From the IMG/VR virus record IMGVR_UViG_3300007735_000768, positions 1 to 60,350 of that record: 60,350 nucleotides of DNA. One strand, 5' to 3'. Within the stretch, counting starts at the first letter, position 1, and the number at the start of each line of letters is the position of its first letter. This stretch comes from a virus. Lineage: Duplodnaviria > Caudoviricetes. Both the position numbers and the translations under genes were made by a program. Below the pieces are notes generated by a model. It worked only from the letters and a program-made list of their open reading frames with translations, was not told the origin of the DNA and searched no databases. Of the stretch, positions 1 to 9,435 are shown piece by piece.

Positions 1-127
1 GAAAAGATCGAGGAACTACGCGCCAAGTTAACTAAATTAGAAATGGAGTCATGATCATGAGAATGGAAGCAAAATTCATTAGACGCAGACGAGTCGTCTT
101 TGCCATTGTGGTAATGATGATCACCGC
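1..127. repeat. 127-bp terminal direct repeat (identical to 60224-60350); circular assembly overlap
   Basis: Exact identity of the first and last 127 nt; ORF 60074..60277 and ORF 51..242 run through the junction. Confidence 0.95.
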
Positions 128-242
128 AATGTTCACCTACGCAACACGAGATGTCTGCTATGTCGGACAACCCGAAGGCAACATGTTCGGTTATGGAAGT
201 TGCACGCAGATGATTGATCGAGTGATTGAGGAAGGAAAGTAA
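51..242 (+). CDS. Small membrane protein, hypothetical
   Basis: Basic N-terminus then hydrophobic helix VVFAIVVMMITAMFTY; GGAG RBS upstream. Confidence 0.6.
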   Translation: MIMRMEAKFIRRRRVVFAIVVMMITAMFTYATRDVCYVGQPEGNMFGYGSCTQMIDRVIEEGK

Positions 243-476
243 ATGGGAAAGACGAAACCACGCGTCTTGCTAGTCGAATTGACGGAACAGCAATTCATGG
301 CATTGGCAACTGCGGCAGACAAGTATGAAATCGAGTGCGACGATAATTTAGGCAACTTAGATGAGAATGACCCAACCGATCATAAAGATTTAAAGCAATG
401 GTCTGAAACTAAAGACAACATCAATGATGGTTGGATTGCAATTCGCAACGCATGGCACAAAGCAGGTGCAGTATGA
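243..476 (+). CDS. Hypothetical early protein
   Basis: Abuts upstream stop, GAGGAAGG RBS. Confidence 0.6.
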   Translation: MGKTKPRVLLVELTEQQFMALATAADKYEIECDDNLGNLDENDPTDHKDLKQWSETKDNINDGWIAIRNAWHKAGAV

Positions 477-613
477 CCCTTCTACTGGTGCTTACAGGGG
501 CGATCGTTGCGGGGCTGGGTGTTTATGTGGTCTACCACGATAGCAAGCATGGATACGACTGCTTCCAACCCGAGAAATGGACAAAATAACCGCGTGTCAT
601 TGTTTAAATGAAT

Positions 614-655
614 TTGACACAATGCGGGGGTAGTGCTTATACTATAAGTGTAAGG
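614..655 (+). promoter_or_regulatory. sigma70/SigA-type early promoter (TTGACA-N18-TATACT) with conserved downstream ATAAGTGTAAGG
   Basis: TTGACA 614-619, TATACT 638-643; near-identical copies at 1224 and 57616. Confidence 0.8.
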
Positions 656-687
656 AAGTGATCCAACTACCACGAAGGAGAAGTCAA

Positions 688-825
688 ATGGCAAGAAAAC
701 CTTTCACTCAGACTTGTTACGAGTGCGGAATCAAGATCGCTCATGGTGAGCAAATCGTGATCAATGAAAACGGATACTTCGTTGTCTACTGCAAGAACGA
801 AGTTCAGGGAAAGGTGGCGGCATAA
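688..825 (+). CDS. Small Cys-containing protein (45 aa, not in ORF track)
   Basis: CCACGAAGGAG box at 670-680; MARKPFTQTCYECGIK... Confidence 0.6.
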   Translation: MARKPFTQTCYECGIKIAHGEQIVINENGYFVVYCKNEVQGKVAA

Positions 826-1023
826 ATGACTACAAAAGGTTCAGTCAGGTCTGACTTTGCTTATGCAAGAAAGTTAATGCGCATGGCAGAGGAAATGATG
901 AAAGATAAATCGATCACCGATTATTCCGAGTCAAGTGAGATTGGTCAGATCGCTAACGAGATGGTCGCAAGTGTTGGGACTTTCTCCCAATGGGTTTCCG
1001 AACAATACGAAAAGGGGCAATGA
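826..1023 (+). CDS. Hypothetical early protein
   Basis: Abuts previous stop, co-oriented. Confidence 0.6.
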   Translation: MTTKGSVRSDFAYARKLMRMAEEMMKDKSITDYSESSEIGQIANEMVASVGTFSQWVSEQYEKGQ

Positions 1024-1220
1024 TCATGAAACCAATGTATGACATCGAAGTAACTCCTATGGACGGCAATGCTTATTCGATCATGGGCGCAGTAAGTAAA
1101 GCGATTCGTCGCGCTGGTGCAACTGATGAACAGATCAAGGAGTATCAGGAGAAAAGCAGAAGCGGTGACTATGACAACTTAATTCGCGTAGCAATGCAGT
1201 ATGTCAACATTTCAATTTGA
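1020..1220 (+). CDS. Conserved phage hypothetical protein (DGNAxxIMG...SGDY type)
   Basis: ATGA overlap at 1020; motif typical of small early phage proteins. Confidence 0.65.
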   Translation: MIMKPMYDIEVTPMDGNAYSIMGAVSKAIRRAGATDEQIKEYQEKSRSGDYDNLIRVAMQYVNISI

Positions 1221-1223
1221 TGG

Positions 1224-1264
1224 TTGCAATAAATTAAGTCAGCACTTATACTATAAGTGTAAGG
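1224..1264 (+). promoter_or_regulatory. Early promoter TTGCAA-N17-TATACT
   Basis: TTGCAA 1224-1229, TATACT 1247-1252, followed by ATAAGTGTAAGG. Confidence 0.8.
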
Positions 1265-1283
1265 ACGACGAAAGGAAACCAAA

Positions 1284-1463
1284 ATGGCAAAAGGTCAAGT
1301 AACAGAAGTCAATGGTGTTGTGATCATGGTCAGTCAACATGTCGAGATTGATCAGAAAGTATGTGAACACAAGATCGAGCATTGGGTTCATGAACGCTAC
1401 GAAAGCGGATTGGGCGATGCTTATTGGTGCGGTGACTGTAACGAGTTAATGCAGGTCGGTTAA
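1284..1463 (+). CDS. Small hypothetical protein with CxxC (59 aa, not in ORF track)
   Basis: GAAAGGA RBS downstream of promoter; ends YWCGDCNELMQVG. Confidence 0.6.
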   Translation: MAKGQVTEVNGVVIMVSQHVEIDQKVCEHKIEHWVHERYESGLGDAYWCGDCNELMQVG

Positions 1464-1498
1464 TCAAATAAACAACTAAACCACGAAGGAGAACCAAA

Positions 1499-1948
1499 AT
1501 GGCAACAAGATCAACAATTGCAGTAAAGCAAGACGACGGATCAGTTAAGGCAATCTATTGCCACTATGACGGCTACCCAACAGGCGTGGGTGTCTTTTTA
1601 ACTAAGTTTTACAATGGCGCGTTTGAGGCAAACCAAATGATCGAAATGGGCAACATGTCAACGATCGGCGCATCAATTGGCGAGAAGGTCGACTTTGGCA
1701 CTTTTCAAGATTTTGGTAAGCAATGCGTGTTCTACGGACGCGACCGCAAGGAGTCAGGTCAGGAAGCACAAACTTATGGATCAGTAACAGAGTGGGTTGC
1801 ATCGATCGGTGAGGCTTGCGAAAACTACGGATACATTTTTATGAACGGCAAGTGGGTTGCCTACGAGCGCGACTACTCATTCGGAATTGCTGGCACTCGC
1901 AAGATCGGTGCAATGTCTATCAAGATCGAGTTTGAGAAAGTTGCGTAA
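1499..1948 (+). CDS. Conserved phage protein (MxTRS...YCHYDGYP family)
   Basis: CCACGAAGGAG box at 1481; widespread YCHxDGYP motif. Confidence 0.75.
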   Translation: MATRSTIAVKQDDGSVKAIYCHYDGYPTGVGVFLTKFYNGAFEANQMIEMGNMSTIGASIGEKVDFGTFQDFGKQCVFYGRDRKESGQEAQTYGSVTEWVASIGEACENYGYIFMNGKWVAYERDYSFGIAGTRKIGAMSIKIEFEKVA

Positions 1949-2047
1949 ATCATTTGAATAATGGTTGCAATTTGTCAGAGGTAGAACTTATGATCGCAGT
2001 ATTCAAATCAACAATGGTTTGAAACCAAAATACCACGAAGGAGAAAC

Positions 2048-3028
2048 ATGTCAGATAACATCGAAATCATCAATGGACAAGGCGCGTTTTATGCGTTCCG
2101 CGATCCAGCATGGCACAAACTTGGCACGATCACCGATGAAGCAAAGTCGGCACAAGAGGCACTTGAAATTGCCAAACTTGATTGGACAGTAGAAAAGTAT
2201 CCAATCTTTACAACCGCACCTGACGGCTCAGTTGTTGAAATCGCAGACAAGTTCGCGACAGGTCGAGTTCACAAGGAGATCGGATTCTCCACACTAGGCG
2301 TTGTAGGTAACTACTACGAACCAGTTCAAAATATCGATTCATTTTCAATCTGCGACAACCTAATGTTTGAAGGCGGGTTGGGATTCGAAACTGCTGGATC
2401 ACTTGATCATGGCAAGCGCGTGTTCGTATCAATGAAAGTGCCAAAGCAAGTCGTGATTGGCAATAACAATGATGCGGTCAACCTATTCATGATGGTCACA
2501 AACTCGCACGATGGTTCAAGCCCACTAACAATGGCGGTAACACCAGTTCGACCAGTTTGTGCAAACACAGTAAAACTTGCCTTAGATAAGGCGGTTTCAA
2601 CATACAAAGTGCGCCACACAAAGAACGCGCAAGGTCGAGTAGAAGATGCAAAGCAAGCATTGGGCATCACCTACAACTACTTCGATGAGTTCTCAGTTTG
2701 GGCAAATCGTCTTTACGATCAAGAAATGAGCAAAGGCGAGTATGTGAACTTCGTTAAGGCATTACTTCCAAAGCCCGAAGAAACTGAATTGAACAAGCGC
2801 ACGATCGAGATTTGGGAAAACAAGTTCACCGATATTGTGAAGTTGTGGGATGCACCTACACAGGACAATATTCGAGGAACAGCGTGGGCGGCGTATAACT
2901 CAGTTGTTGAGTATGAGGATTGGTTCTCACCGATTCGTGGCAAGGATGAAGATGTCCGACGCGCTCAACGCATTATCGAAGGCACAAACCAAGGTCTAAA
3001 AGACAAGGCGTTTGCGCTACTTTCATAA
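2048..3028 (+). CDS. DUF932 / TIGR03299-like phage-plasmid protein
   Basis: WHKLG, ETAGSLxxGKRVF, NSHDGS, VRPVCANT, GTAWAAYNSVVEYEDW motifs. Confidence 0.85.
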   Translation: MSDNIEIINGQGAFYAFRDPAWHKLGTITDEAKSAQEALEIAKLDWTVEKYPIFTTAPDGSVVEIADKFATGRVHKEIGFSTLGVVGNYYEPVQNIDSFSICDNLMFEGGLGFETAGSLDHGKRVFVSMKVPKQVVIGNNNDAVNLFMMVTNSHDGSSPLTMAVTPVRPVCANTVKLALDKAVSTYKVRHTKNAQGRVEDAKQALGITYNYFDEFSVWANRLYDQEMSKGEYVNFVKALLPKPEETELNKRTIEIWENKFTDIVKLWDAPTQDNIRGTAWAAYNSVVEYEDWFSPIRGKDEDVRRAQRIIEGTNQGLKDKAFALLS

Positions 3029-3035
3029 TTAGAAC

Positions 3036-3072
3036 GGGGCGCGAGATCAATTCCCCAAAAGTCTCGCGCCCC
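3036..3072 (+). terminator. GC-rich hairpin after DUF932 gene (terminator or processing site)
   Basis: GGGGCGCGAGA / TCTCGCGCCCC 11-bp stem; no clear U-tract. Confidence 0.5.
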
Positions 3073-3102
3073 ACTTAAAACATTAACCACGGATGAGAGG
3101 AA

Positions 3103-3378
3103 ATGCAAGTGGCGGTAATAACTGAAATCAAACGCGACCCGCAGGACAACATTTTGAAGGCATATGTGCCTTTGACCAAAAACGATCTTGAAGAAATTCT
3201 GATCGCAATGAATTACTTTGAACCTGATGCGATGTATCAGTATGAACATGAGTTGGAATATTCGGAACAAATCACCGAAAAGAAATACAGCACATTGATC
3301 GATGCTCGTGAAATTATTTCAGATGCAAAGGACGCAATTGAGGCGGTATTAAACGCGATGGTAGAAGGAAAGATATGA
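3103..3378 (+). CDS. Hypothetical protein
   Basis: GAGAGG RBS, co-oriented. Confidence 0.6.
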   Translation: MQVAVITEIKRDPQDNILKAYVPLTKNDLEEILIAMNYFEPDAMYQYEHELEYSEQITEKKYSTLIDAREIISDAKDAIEAVLNAMVEGKI

Positions 3379-3617
3379 TCATAGAAACAACCGAAGTTCA
3401 AGGCGGTTATATCCTCACACACTATGAGATTCCCGATCGCGTTCCATTGCCGATCAATTGGAAAACGATGCGCGACGAGGCACGACTTGAATGGATTCGA
3501 GCAAATGCTACTGACAAGTATGAATTCGCTCGCAAGGTCGATCCTTGGTATATCACCGATGTAGTAGTCCTACCCAATCCCATGCAAGAACCACCAACCA
3601 CGAAGGAGAAAGCATGA
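3375..3617 (+). CDS. Hypothetical protein
   Basis: ATGA overlaps at both ends. Confidence 0.6.
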   Translation: MIIETTEVQGGYILTHYEIPDRVPLPINWKTMRDEARLEWIRANATDKYEFARKVDPWYITDVVVLPNPMQEPPTTKEKA

Positions 3618-4108
3618 GCAAGAAAAAGAAAGCAGGTAATCCTGCAAAGCAGTCGATCAAGTGGACACCTTTTGTTCAAGTGACACCGACTCCCAATCCA
3701 AAAGCAAGAGAAACCGATCCCGAAGGTTATGACCAGTTATGGGCTGACTACGATTCGGGAATTACCAAGATGTATCAGAACAGCCTTTATACCTGCCATG
3801 TTCGACAATTGGGCATGCTAGGAATTGAAGGCACTTTATGGATTTCAATTCGTTCCAATGATCGCAAGGCGGTTCGAGATTGGCGACATTTCCAAAAGAT
3901 CAAGAATGAACTTGCAGGAGAAGAACGCGAGGCGTTAGAAATCTATCCAAAAGAATCTGAATTGATCGATGAAGCAAACACTTACCACTTATGGGTTCTT
4001 GCCTCGACCGACACGATGCCTTTTGGGTTTCATGGCGAGCGCAAAGTAGGGTCAGCCGAGGACGCTGAAAAGATCGGTGCTGGTCAACGCGATCTTGATG
4101 AGGAATGA
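3614..4108 (+). CDS. Conserved phage protein (WRxxQxIKNEL...EIYP...ANxYHLW family); start revised to 3614
   Basis: CCACGAAGGAG box at 3598-3608 precedes ATG 3614. Confidence 0.7.
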   Translation: MSKKKKAGNPAKQSIKWTPFVQVTPTPNPKARETDPEGYDQLWADYDSGITKMYQNSLYTCHVRQLGMLGIEGTLWISIRSNDRKAVRDWRHFQKIKNELAGEEREALEIYPKESELIDEANTYHLWVLASTDTMPFGFHGERKVGSAEDAEKIGAGQRDLDEE

Positions 4109-4111
4109 TCA

Positions 4112-4303
4112 ATGGCGACTTTTATGATCAACCACAACCTAAACGAAGAGGCAAGAAAGATCGCTCGACGATATAAAGTCAACCCCGATTTAGTCAACAC
4201 TATTACAATGTCGGTCGATGAAATCGAAATTAACTATATTGAAGAATTCAAAAACGGCGAAACGGGCATTTGTAGCAAAAAAATTTATAGGAGTAACTCA
4301 TGA
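4112..4303 (+). CDS. Hypothetical protein
   Basis: Co-oriented, tight packing. Confidence 0.55.
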   Translation: MATFMINHNLNEEARKIARRYKVNPDLVNTITMSVDEIEINYIEEFKNGETGICSKKIYRSNS

Positions 4304-4683
4304 CACAAGACACTCTTGACTTTAACCCTGCGCCACAGATCGTTCATTGCCCATGCTGTCCGTCTCAGAAGGCGAATAGACGGGCGATTGATGCCAATGT
4401 GGTACGAATAGGTAGGCGTAACCCTGAAACCTCTCAGAAGGCGGCACAAGGCGCATTGCCACGATCAGGAACAAAGCGCAGAATCCTTTATGACTTGATT
4501 TATGCGCGAGGCATTGAAGGCATGACTGATCATGAAATTGAACGAGTTACAGGCTGGCATACCAACACCAGTCGATCAACTAGAAACGGGTTGATGAATG
4601 ATGGTTGGATATGGGATTCAAGAGTGCGCCGAAAGACCCCACAAAACCATGATGCCATTGTATGGATAGCGAGGTTGGTTTGA
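4300..4683 (+). CDS. Putative winged-helix DNA-binding protein
   Basis: GMTDHEIERVTGW..NTSRSTRNGLMNDGWI pattern. Confidence 0.6.
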   Translation: MTQDTLDFNPAPQIVHCPCCPSQKANRRAIDANVVRIGRRNPETSQKAAQGALPRSGTKRRILYDLIYARGIEGMTDHEIERVTGWHTNTSRSTRNGLMNDGWIWDSRVRRKTPQNHDAIVWIARLV

Positions 4684-4823
4684 TGATCGATCGATTTAGA
4701 CGCTGGAAACCATTTGAATGTTCGAATTGTGGCAATGTTGTTCAGATAAAGAGTCGTAGGAATGAAGATTATGACTGCCCTGAATGTGATACCACGCTGA
4801 TACCAACTAAACCCCCGATGTAG
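4683..4823 (+). CDS. Zinc-ribbon protein (46 aa, not in ORF track)
   Basis: CSNC...CPEC; TGATG overlap. Confidence 0.55.
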   Translation: MIDRFRRWKPFECSNCGNVVQIKSRRNEDYDCPECDTTLIPTKPPM

Positions 4824-4892
4824 ACACACCCCGTTACTAAATGCGGGTTGAGGTGAGTTGTGTTACTATTTTATTCCAAGGAGGTAAGTTAT

Positions 4893-5213
4893 ATGTCAAT
4901 TTACTCGACAACGGCTCTGCCGTCGCTTGATCTCATTGGTGGCGTTGAAACTCTGCAACGCATTTTATTGCCCCACACAGAAATTGCTAAAATTGCGTGG
5001 GATCAGAAAAACTTGCGAACAGTTGCAGTTCTTGAAACTCATGGTGCGCACAACGCATTTGAAACAATTGTTGACGCAATGAAAGCATTTGAAGCACCAC
5101 TATTTGAATGTAAATCTCTTTCTGATGCAGTTATTCACGCTCAATTGCTTGCTAAAAACAAAAATGTTGTAGATTTCACACCATTTGATTCACAAGACCC
5201 GTATTCACTTTAA
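4893..5213 (+). CDS. Hypothetical protein
   Basis: AAGGAGGT RBS before ATG 4893. Confidence 0.65.
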   Translation: MSIYSTTALPSLDLIGGVETLQRILLPHTEIAKIAWDQKNLRTVAVLETHGAHNAFETIVDAMKAFEAPLFECKSLSDAVIHAQLLAKNKNVVDFTPFDSQDPYSL

Positions 5214-5354
5214 GATCGATGTTACAATTTTGTAGTTCGATTCATCGACACCAAAGCCATTGGTGATCATGTAAGACCTTCAACCCGAAGGCATCTTAGT
5301 CTTTACTTTAACCACGCAAGGTAAAGGTTAGGAAACTCCGTCGTTAGGTGAACG

Positions 5355-5801
5355 GTGAAAATCACTAAATATGAACATCCTATTGTCCTTGGAATTATCT
5401 CCGCAGTAATCGGAATCGGTGTTGGCGGTTACTTCGCACAAGAAGAAGTAATTGTGAAAGCCAAACCAATCACAAAGAAAGTCGAATTAGTCGGAACGAC
5501 TCCTGCGAGCGCACGAAAACTCGCATTGAGCAAACTCGACGATTTCGGCTGGACAAAAAAACAATGGACATGCCTCAATCGTATGTGGGGCAAAGAGTCA
5601 GCATGGAATTACAAAGCCGCATCGCCTACAAAGGATCATGGAATCCCTCAAAGGCATATGAGTAAAGATACAAAGGCTGAGATTCATGCGTTTATGTCTG
5701 ATCCCGTTAAACAAATTAACTGGGGGTTAGGTTATATCAAGGCGCGTTATGGAAATCCATGCTCTGCGTGGGAATTTTGGCAAGCCAACCATTGGTATTG
5801 A
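5355..5801 (+). CDS. Membrane-anchored lytic transglycosylase (SLT/Rpf-like)
   Basis: N-terminal TM; KESAWN, GIPQ, QINWGLGYIKARYGNPCSAW...WY. Confidence 0.85.
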   Translation: MKITKYEHPIVLGIISAVIGIGVGGYFAQEEVIVKAKPITKKVELVGTTPASARKLALSKLDDFGWTKKQWTCLNRMWGKESAWNYKAASPTKDHGIPQRHMSKDTKAEIHAFMSDPVKQINWGLGYIKARYGNPCSAWEFWQANHWY

Positions 5802-5827
5802 TCATCGCCTGAGTTAAACTTCAAGGC

Positions 5828-6388
5828 ATGACAACCATTATCGCAGTTCAAGGCAAAGACGGAGTGCGATTTGGTGCGGATGCACAAGTCACAAGTGGCA
5901 ACGGGCGCATTGCTAGACATGCACAGATGACCAAGATAACTGAACGCGGTCAGTATGTAATTGCAGGATCAGGCGAGTGCGCACCATGCGACATTGCGCA
6001 ACATATTTGGGAACCACCTGTTCCGAAAGCATCTGATCACACCGACCTATATCACTTCATGATCGCAAAAGTTGTGCCGTCATTGAAAGCATGTTTTAAA
6101 GAGCAAGAATACAAATGGTATGAAGAAGATGAGGAAACAAAATTTGCATTTTTAATCGCACTCGGCGGTCAAGTTTTCGAGTTAGCAGACGACATGAGTA
6201 TCTCGCTCGACTCCAATGGTTTCTATGGAGTCGGTTCAGGAAGTAGTTATGCGATAGGTGCATTGTGCGCTGGTGCAACAATTGAAGAAGCATTGAAAAT
6301 CGCCGCACGAAATGATGCCTATACAAGTGCGCCATTTGTATATTATGATCAAAAGACTCGTCCTAAAACCACGAAGGCGGTAAAATAA
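5828..6388 (+). CDS. Ntn-hydrolase, HslV/proteasome beta-like peptidase
   Basis: N-terminal MTTIIAV (Thr nucleophile), ADAQVT, GVGSGSSYAIGAL. Confidence 0.85.
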   Translation: MTTIIAVQGKDGVRFGADAQVTSGNGRIARHAQMTKITERGQYVIAGSGECAPCDIAQHIWEPPVPKASDHTDLYHFMIAKVVPSLKACFKEQEYKWYEEDEETKFAFLIALGGQVFELADDMSISLDSNGFYGVGSGSSYAIGALCAGATIEEALKIAARNDAYTSAPFVYYDQKTRPKTTKAVK

Positions 6389-6392
6389 GTTT

Positions 6393-6650
6393 ATGGGAAT
6401 AGCATTTGTAACACAGGATGTTGCTCGCTCGATTTATGAATATGCGGGCAAGAATGGTTTGCCTGATTTTAACGAATTGCCCCCGACAGTTCAGATTTCT
6501 TATATTGAAGAAGCAGAAGCGGCGATTAAAACAGTTTGCAAGCATATGGTGTTGCTATCAGGTCAGGTTGATCCGATCGATGTTCGACCATTTGTGCAGT
6601 CGGTGATTCTAGCACTTGCTCATTCACTCGATCCGAGTATCCATGACTGA
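6393..6650 (+). CDS. Hypothetical protein
   Basis: Leaderless-type TAAAAT-N6-ATG start. Confidence 0.55.
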   Translation: MGIAFVTQDVARSIYEYAGKNGLPDFNELPPTVQISYIEEAEAAIKTVCKHMVLLSGQVDPIDVRPFVQSVILALAHSLDPSIHD

Positions 6651-6788
6651 TTCAAAAGTTCATCGCTGTAAATGCGGTGAGTGGTTATACGGCGATCAAG
6701 AATGTATTGTTTGCGACATCATTGAAAAGACGCATTCTCCTAAAAAAGCAACCAAATAAGTTACCCTTAACCTACGAGAAGGGTCAAC

Positions 6789-7052
6789 ATGGACGAAGCA
6801 GAGCAAAAACTCAAAGCGGTAAATGATGCTATTCAAGGTCTTGCGACCCTTCTCGCCCCCGAAGGCGCAATGTGTACCACTTGGATATTGATTACCGAAT
6901 GGATAGACAGCGACGGAAATTTCTGGTTTAGTTCTCATACTGAACCCGAACAACCTGTTTGGAAACAGATCGGAATGGTCGACCACGCTAAATCCGTAAT
7001 GAAGCAACGGTATGAAAGCGAAGTAATGCGCAATGATGATGGTGATTTATAG
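6789..7052 (+). CDS. Hypothetical protein
   Basis: GAAGGG RBS, co-oriented. Confidence 0.6.
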   Translation: MDEAEQKLKAVNDAIQGLATLLAPEGAMCTTWILITEWIDSDGNFWFSSHTEPEQPVWKQIGMVDHAKSVMKQRYESEVMRNDDGDL

Positions 7053-7191
7053 TTTAGTAACGGGTTGCTTTGTCGGCGCGTTGTTCACCATTCTTAAATT
7101 CCCACTTCCTGCACCACCCACATTTGCTGGCATTGCTGGCATCATCGGCATTTGGTTAGGCATGATCATAACAATGTGGATAAAGAATTGA
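7033..7191 (+). CDS. XapX-domain (DUF1427-like) small membrane protein (52 aa, not in ORF track)
   Basis: SLVTGCFVGALFTILKFPLPAPPTFAGIAGIIGIWLG matches the XapX PAPP pattern. Confidence 0.75.
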   Translation: MMMVIYSLVTGCFVGALFTILKFPLPAPPTFAGIAGIIGIWLGMIITMWIKN

Positions 7192-7496
7192 ATAAGCCAC
7201 CTAAATATCCTGACACAACTGGGTTCGAACCTTGTGCAACAACCGATCCCGAAATATGGTTTCCTGAACGATCAAACCAATATTTGAAAATCGCCGCGCT
7301 CGCTAAATCAATTTGTCAGACATGTCCGATAATGTTTGAGTGTGCTGAATATGCAATCCATACAGATGTGGTTGGCATATGGGGTGCGACAGATGAAAAG
7401 CAAAGACATGCAATACAAAAGGCAAGGAAAATCGAACCTTTTCGATTTGTCAAAATGACAATTGAATGGTTGGACAAAATGAACGCGAAAGCGTAA
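7188..7496 (+). CDS. whiB: WhiB-family Fe-S transcription factor
   Basis: C..TDPEIWFP...AKSICQTCP...C....GIWGA; TTG start overlaps XapX stop. Confidence 0.92.
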   Translation: MNKPPKYPDTTGFEPCATTDPEIWFPERSNQYLKIAALAKSICQTCPIMFECAEYAIHTDVVGIWGATDEKQRHAIQKARKIEPFRFVKMTIEWLDKMNAKA

Positions 7497-7515
7497 CTAA
7501 ACGAGAGGTAGTGAA

Positions 7516-7983
7516 ATGTCAACACCAGTAACACTTGTAGGAAACCTAACGGCTGATCCTGAATTAAAGTTCACACAACAAGGCAAGGCACTTGCTAAAT
7601 TTACGATCGTGACTTCTGAACGATACAAAAACGCAGAAGGAACATGGGAAGATCGAAACACAACATTTTGGAATGTAGTTTGCTGGAATCAATTGGCAGA
7701 ACATGTTGCAGACACTTTGTCTAAAGGTGATCAAGCAATTGTTATGGGCAAGGCGTATCAAAAGTCATGGGAAGATGACAAGACAGGCGAGAAGCGTCAA
7801 CGCACAGAGGTTGAAGCAAAAGAGGTTGGTGCAGGACTTGCTCGCGCATCAGCAAAGATAACTAAATTCACTAAGCCAACAAGCGGTGCGCCTGTGAGCA
7901 ATGATCCGTGGGCAACTTCCGTCAATGATGATCCTTGGACAACCGCATCTGCGCAACCAAGCGACGATTTGCCACCTTTTTAA
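7516..7983 (+). CDS. ssb: Single-stranded DNA-binding protein
   Basis: VGNLTADPELKFT OB-fold start; actinobacterial-type DDPW and C-terminal PPF. Confidence 0.95.
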   Translation: MSTPVTLVGNLTADPELKFTQQGKALAKFTIVTSERYKNAEGTWEDRNTTFWNVVCWNQLAEHVADTLSKGDQAIVMGKAYQKSWEDDKTGEKRQRTEVEAKEVGAGLARASAKITKFTKPTSGAPVSNDPWATSVNDDPWTTASAQPSDDLPPF

Positions 7984-8010
7984 ACGGGCGAGTGTTATGC
8001 TTGTCCGATC

Positions 8011-8151
8011 ATGGACAAACTTGAAGAAACCACGCCCCTTGTTGCTAACGCGATCAGGTTAAATGAGGTCTATAAATCACTTATGGAAGGTGGTTTTACT
8101 TCGGACGAGGCTCTATCATTGATCGCAAAGATGACGAAACCGAACGAGTAG
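8011..8151 (+). CDS. Small conserved phage protein (GFTxDEA motif; 46 aa, not in ORF track)
   Basis: MDKLEE...YKSLMEGGFTSDEALSLI. Confidence 0.55.
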   Translation: MDKLEETTPLVANAIRLNEVYKSLMEGGFTSDEALSLIAKMTKPNE

Positions 8152-8160
8152 GATCAGATT

Positions 8161-9435
8161 ATGCCAACAAGACCCGATCTGAACGAACTAGGCACCAGCG
8201 GCTTACGCCGTAGTGGCGGTTTTATCCATGAGGAATTTTTAACTCAACTACGCGGTAAGCGCGGTCTACTTGTCTATCGTGAAATGGCAGACAACGATCC
8301 TGTTATTGGTTCAATCCTTTACGCGATCGAGAAAGTAATCCTTCGTCTTGACTGGCGCGTTGATCCATATGATGAGTCAGAGGAAGCAAAAGCAATTGCT
8401 GAATTCATCGATGAGTGCATGGAAGATATGTCCGACTCATGGGATCAAACACTTGCATCAATTCTTTCAATGCTCGTTTATGGTTTCTCATTCCATGAAA
8501 TTGTCTACAAGGTTCGCGGTGGCGATTCAAAAGACCCAAAGCGCAATTCAAAACATTCAGACGGAAAGATCGCATGGCGTAAGTTTGCAATTCGATCACA
8601 AGAAACATTAAACAACTGGATGATGGACGAAGATGGCGGTATTCAAGGATTCCGTCAAATGGATCCAACAGGCGGTGGCTTCCGAGAGATTCCTATGGAC
8701 AAAGGTTTGCTATTCCGCACCAATGTCAGCAAGAACAATCCAGAAGGTCGATCACTACTGCGTAACTCATTTAGACCTTGGTATTACAAGCGACGCATTG
8801 AAGAAATTGAAGCGATCGGTATTGAACGCGATCTAGCAGGACTTCCTGTTGCCAAAGTGCCACCTGAGTATTTATCAAGTGGTGCAACTGCGGCACAGCA
8901 AGCCGTTCTTGCAAACATTACTGAAATTGTTCAGAACATTAAGCGAAATGAACAAGAGGGCGTTATCTTCCCAATGATGTATGACGAATCTGGGAAAGAA
9001 ATGTTCTCGCTCGAATTACTTTCATCAGGTGGCTCTCGTCAATTCGATACAGACAAAGTAATTGCTCGTTACGATCAACGAATTTCAATGTCCGTTCTAT
9101 CTGACTTTATCCTTCTTGGACATGAGGCGGTTGGTTCATTCGCACTAGGTTCACAGAAGATGGATTTGTGGACAATGAGCATCGATGCGATCGCTAAGTC
9201 AATTGCAGAGGTTGTTAACCAATACGCAATTCCGCGCCTCTTAAAGTTAAACGGCATGAACACCGAACTTTGCCCTTATCTAACTTACGGACAAGTTTCC
9301 CATGTTGACCTTGGCGAACTTGCCGACTATGTTCAGAAACTAACATCGGCTGGATTGCTGATGCCTGACGAGAACTTGGAAGCATACTTGCGTGAACAGG
9401 CAAGCCTTCCACCTGCGGAGAATACGGTGATCTAA
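8161..9435 (+). CDS. Portal protein (Mu gp29/DUF935-like)
   Basis: NPEGRSLLR, IGIERDLAGLP, GSFALG, IPRLLKLN; first gene of head module. Confidence 0.9.
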   Translation: MPTRPDLNELGTSGLRRSGGFIHEEFLTQLRGKRGLLVYREMADNDPVIGSILYAIEKVILRLDWRVDPYDESEEAKAIAEFIDECMEDMSDSWDQTLASILSMLVYGFSFHEIVYKVRGGDSKDPKRNSKHSDGKIAWRKFAIRSQETLNNWMMDEDGGIQGFRQMDPTGGGFREIPMDKGLLFRTNVSKNNPEGRSLLRNSFRPWYYKRRIEEIEAIGIERDLAGLPVAKVPPEYLSSGATAAQQAVLANITEIVQNIKRNEQEGVIFPMMYDESGKEMFSLELLSSGGSRQFDTDKVIARYDQRISMSVLSDFILLGHEAVGSFALGSQKMDLWTMSIDAIAKSIAEVVNQYAIPRLLKLNGMNTELCPYLTYGQVSHVDLGELADYVQKLTSAGLLMPDENLEAYLREQASLPPAENTVI

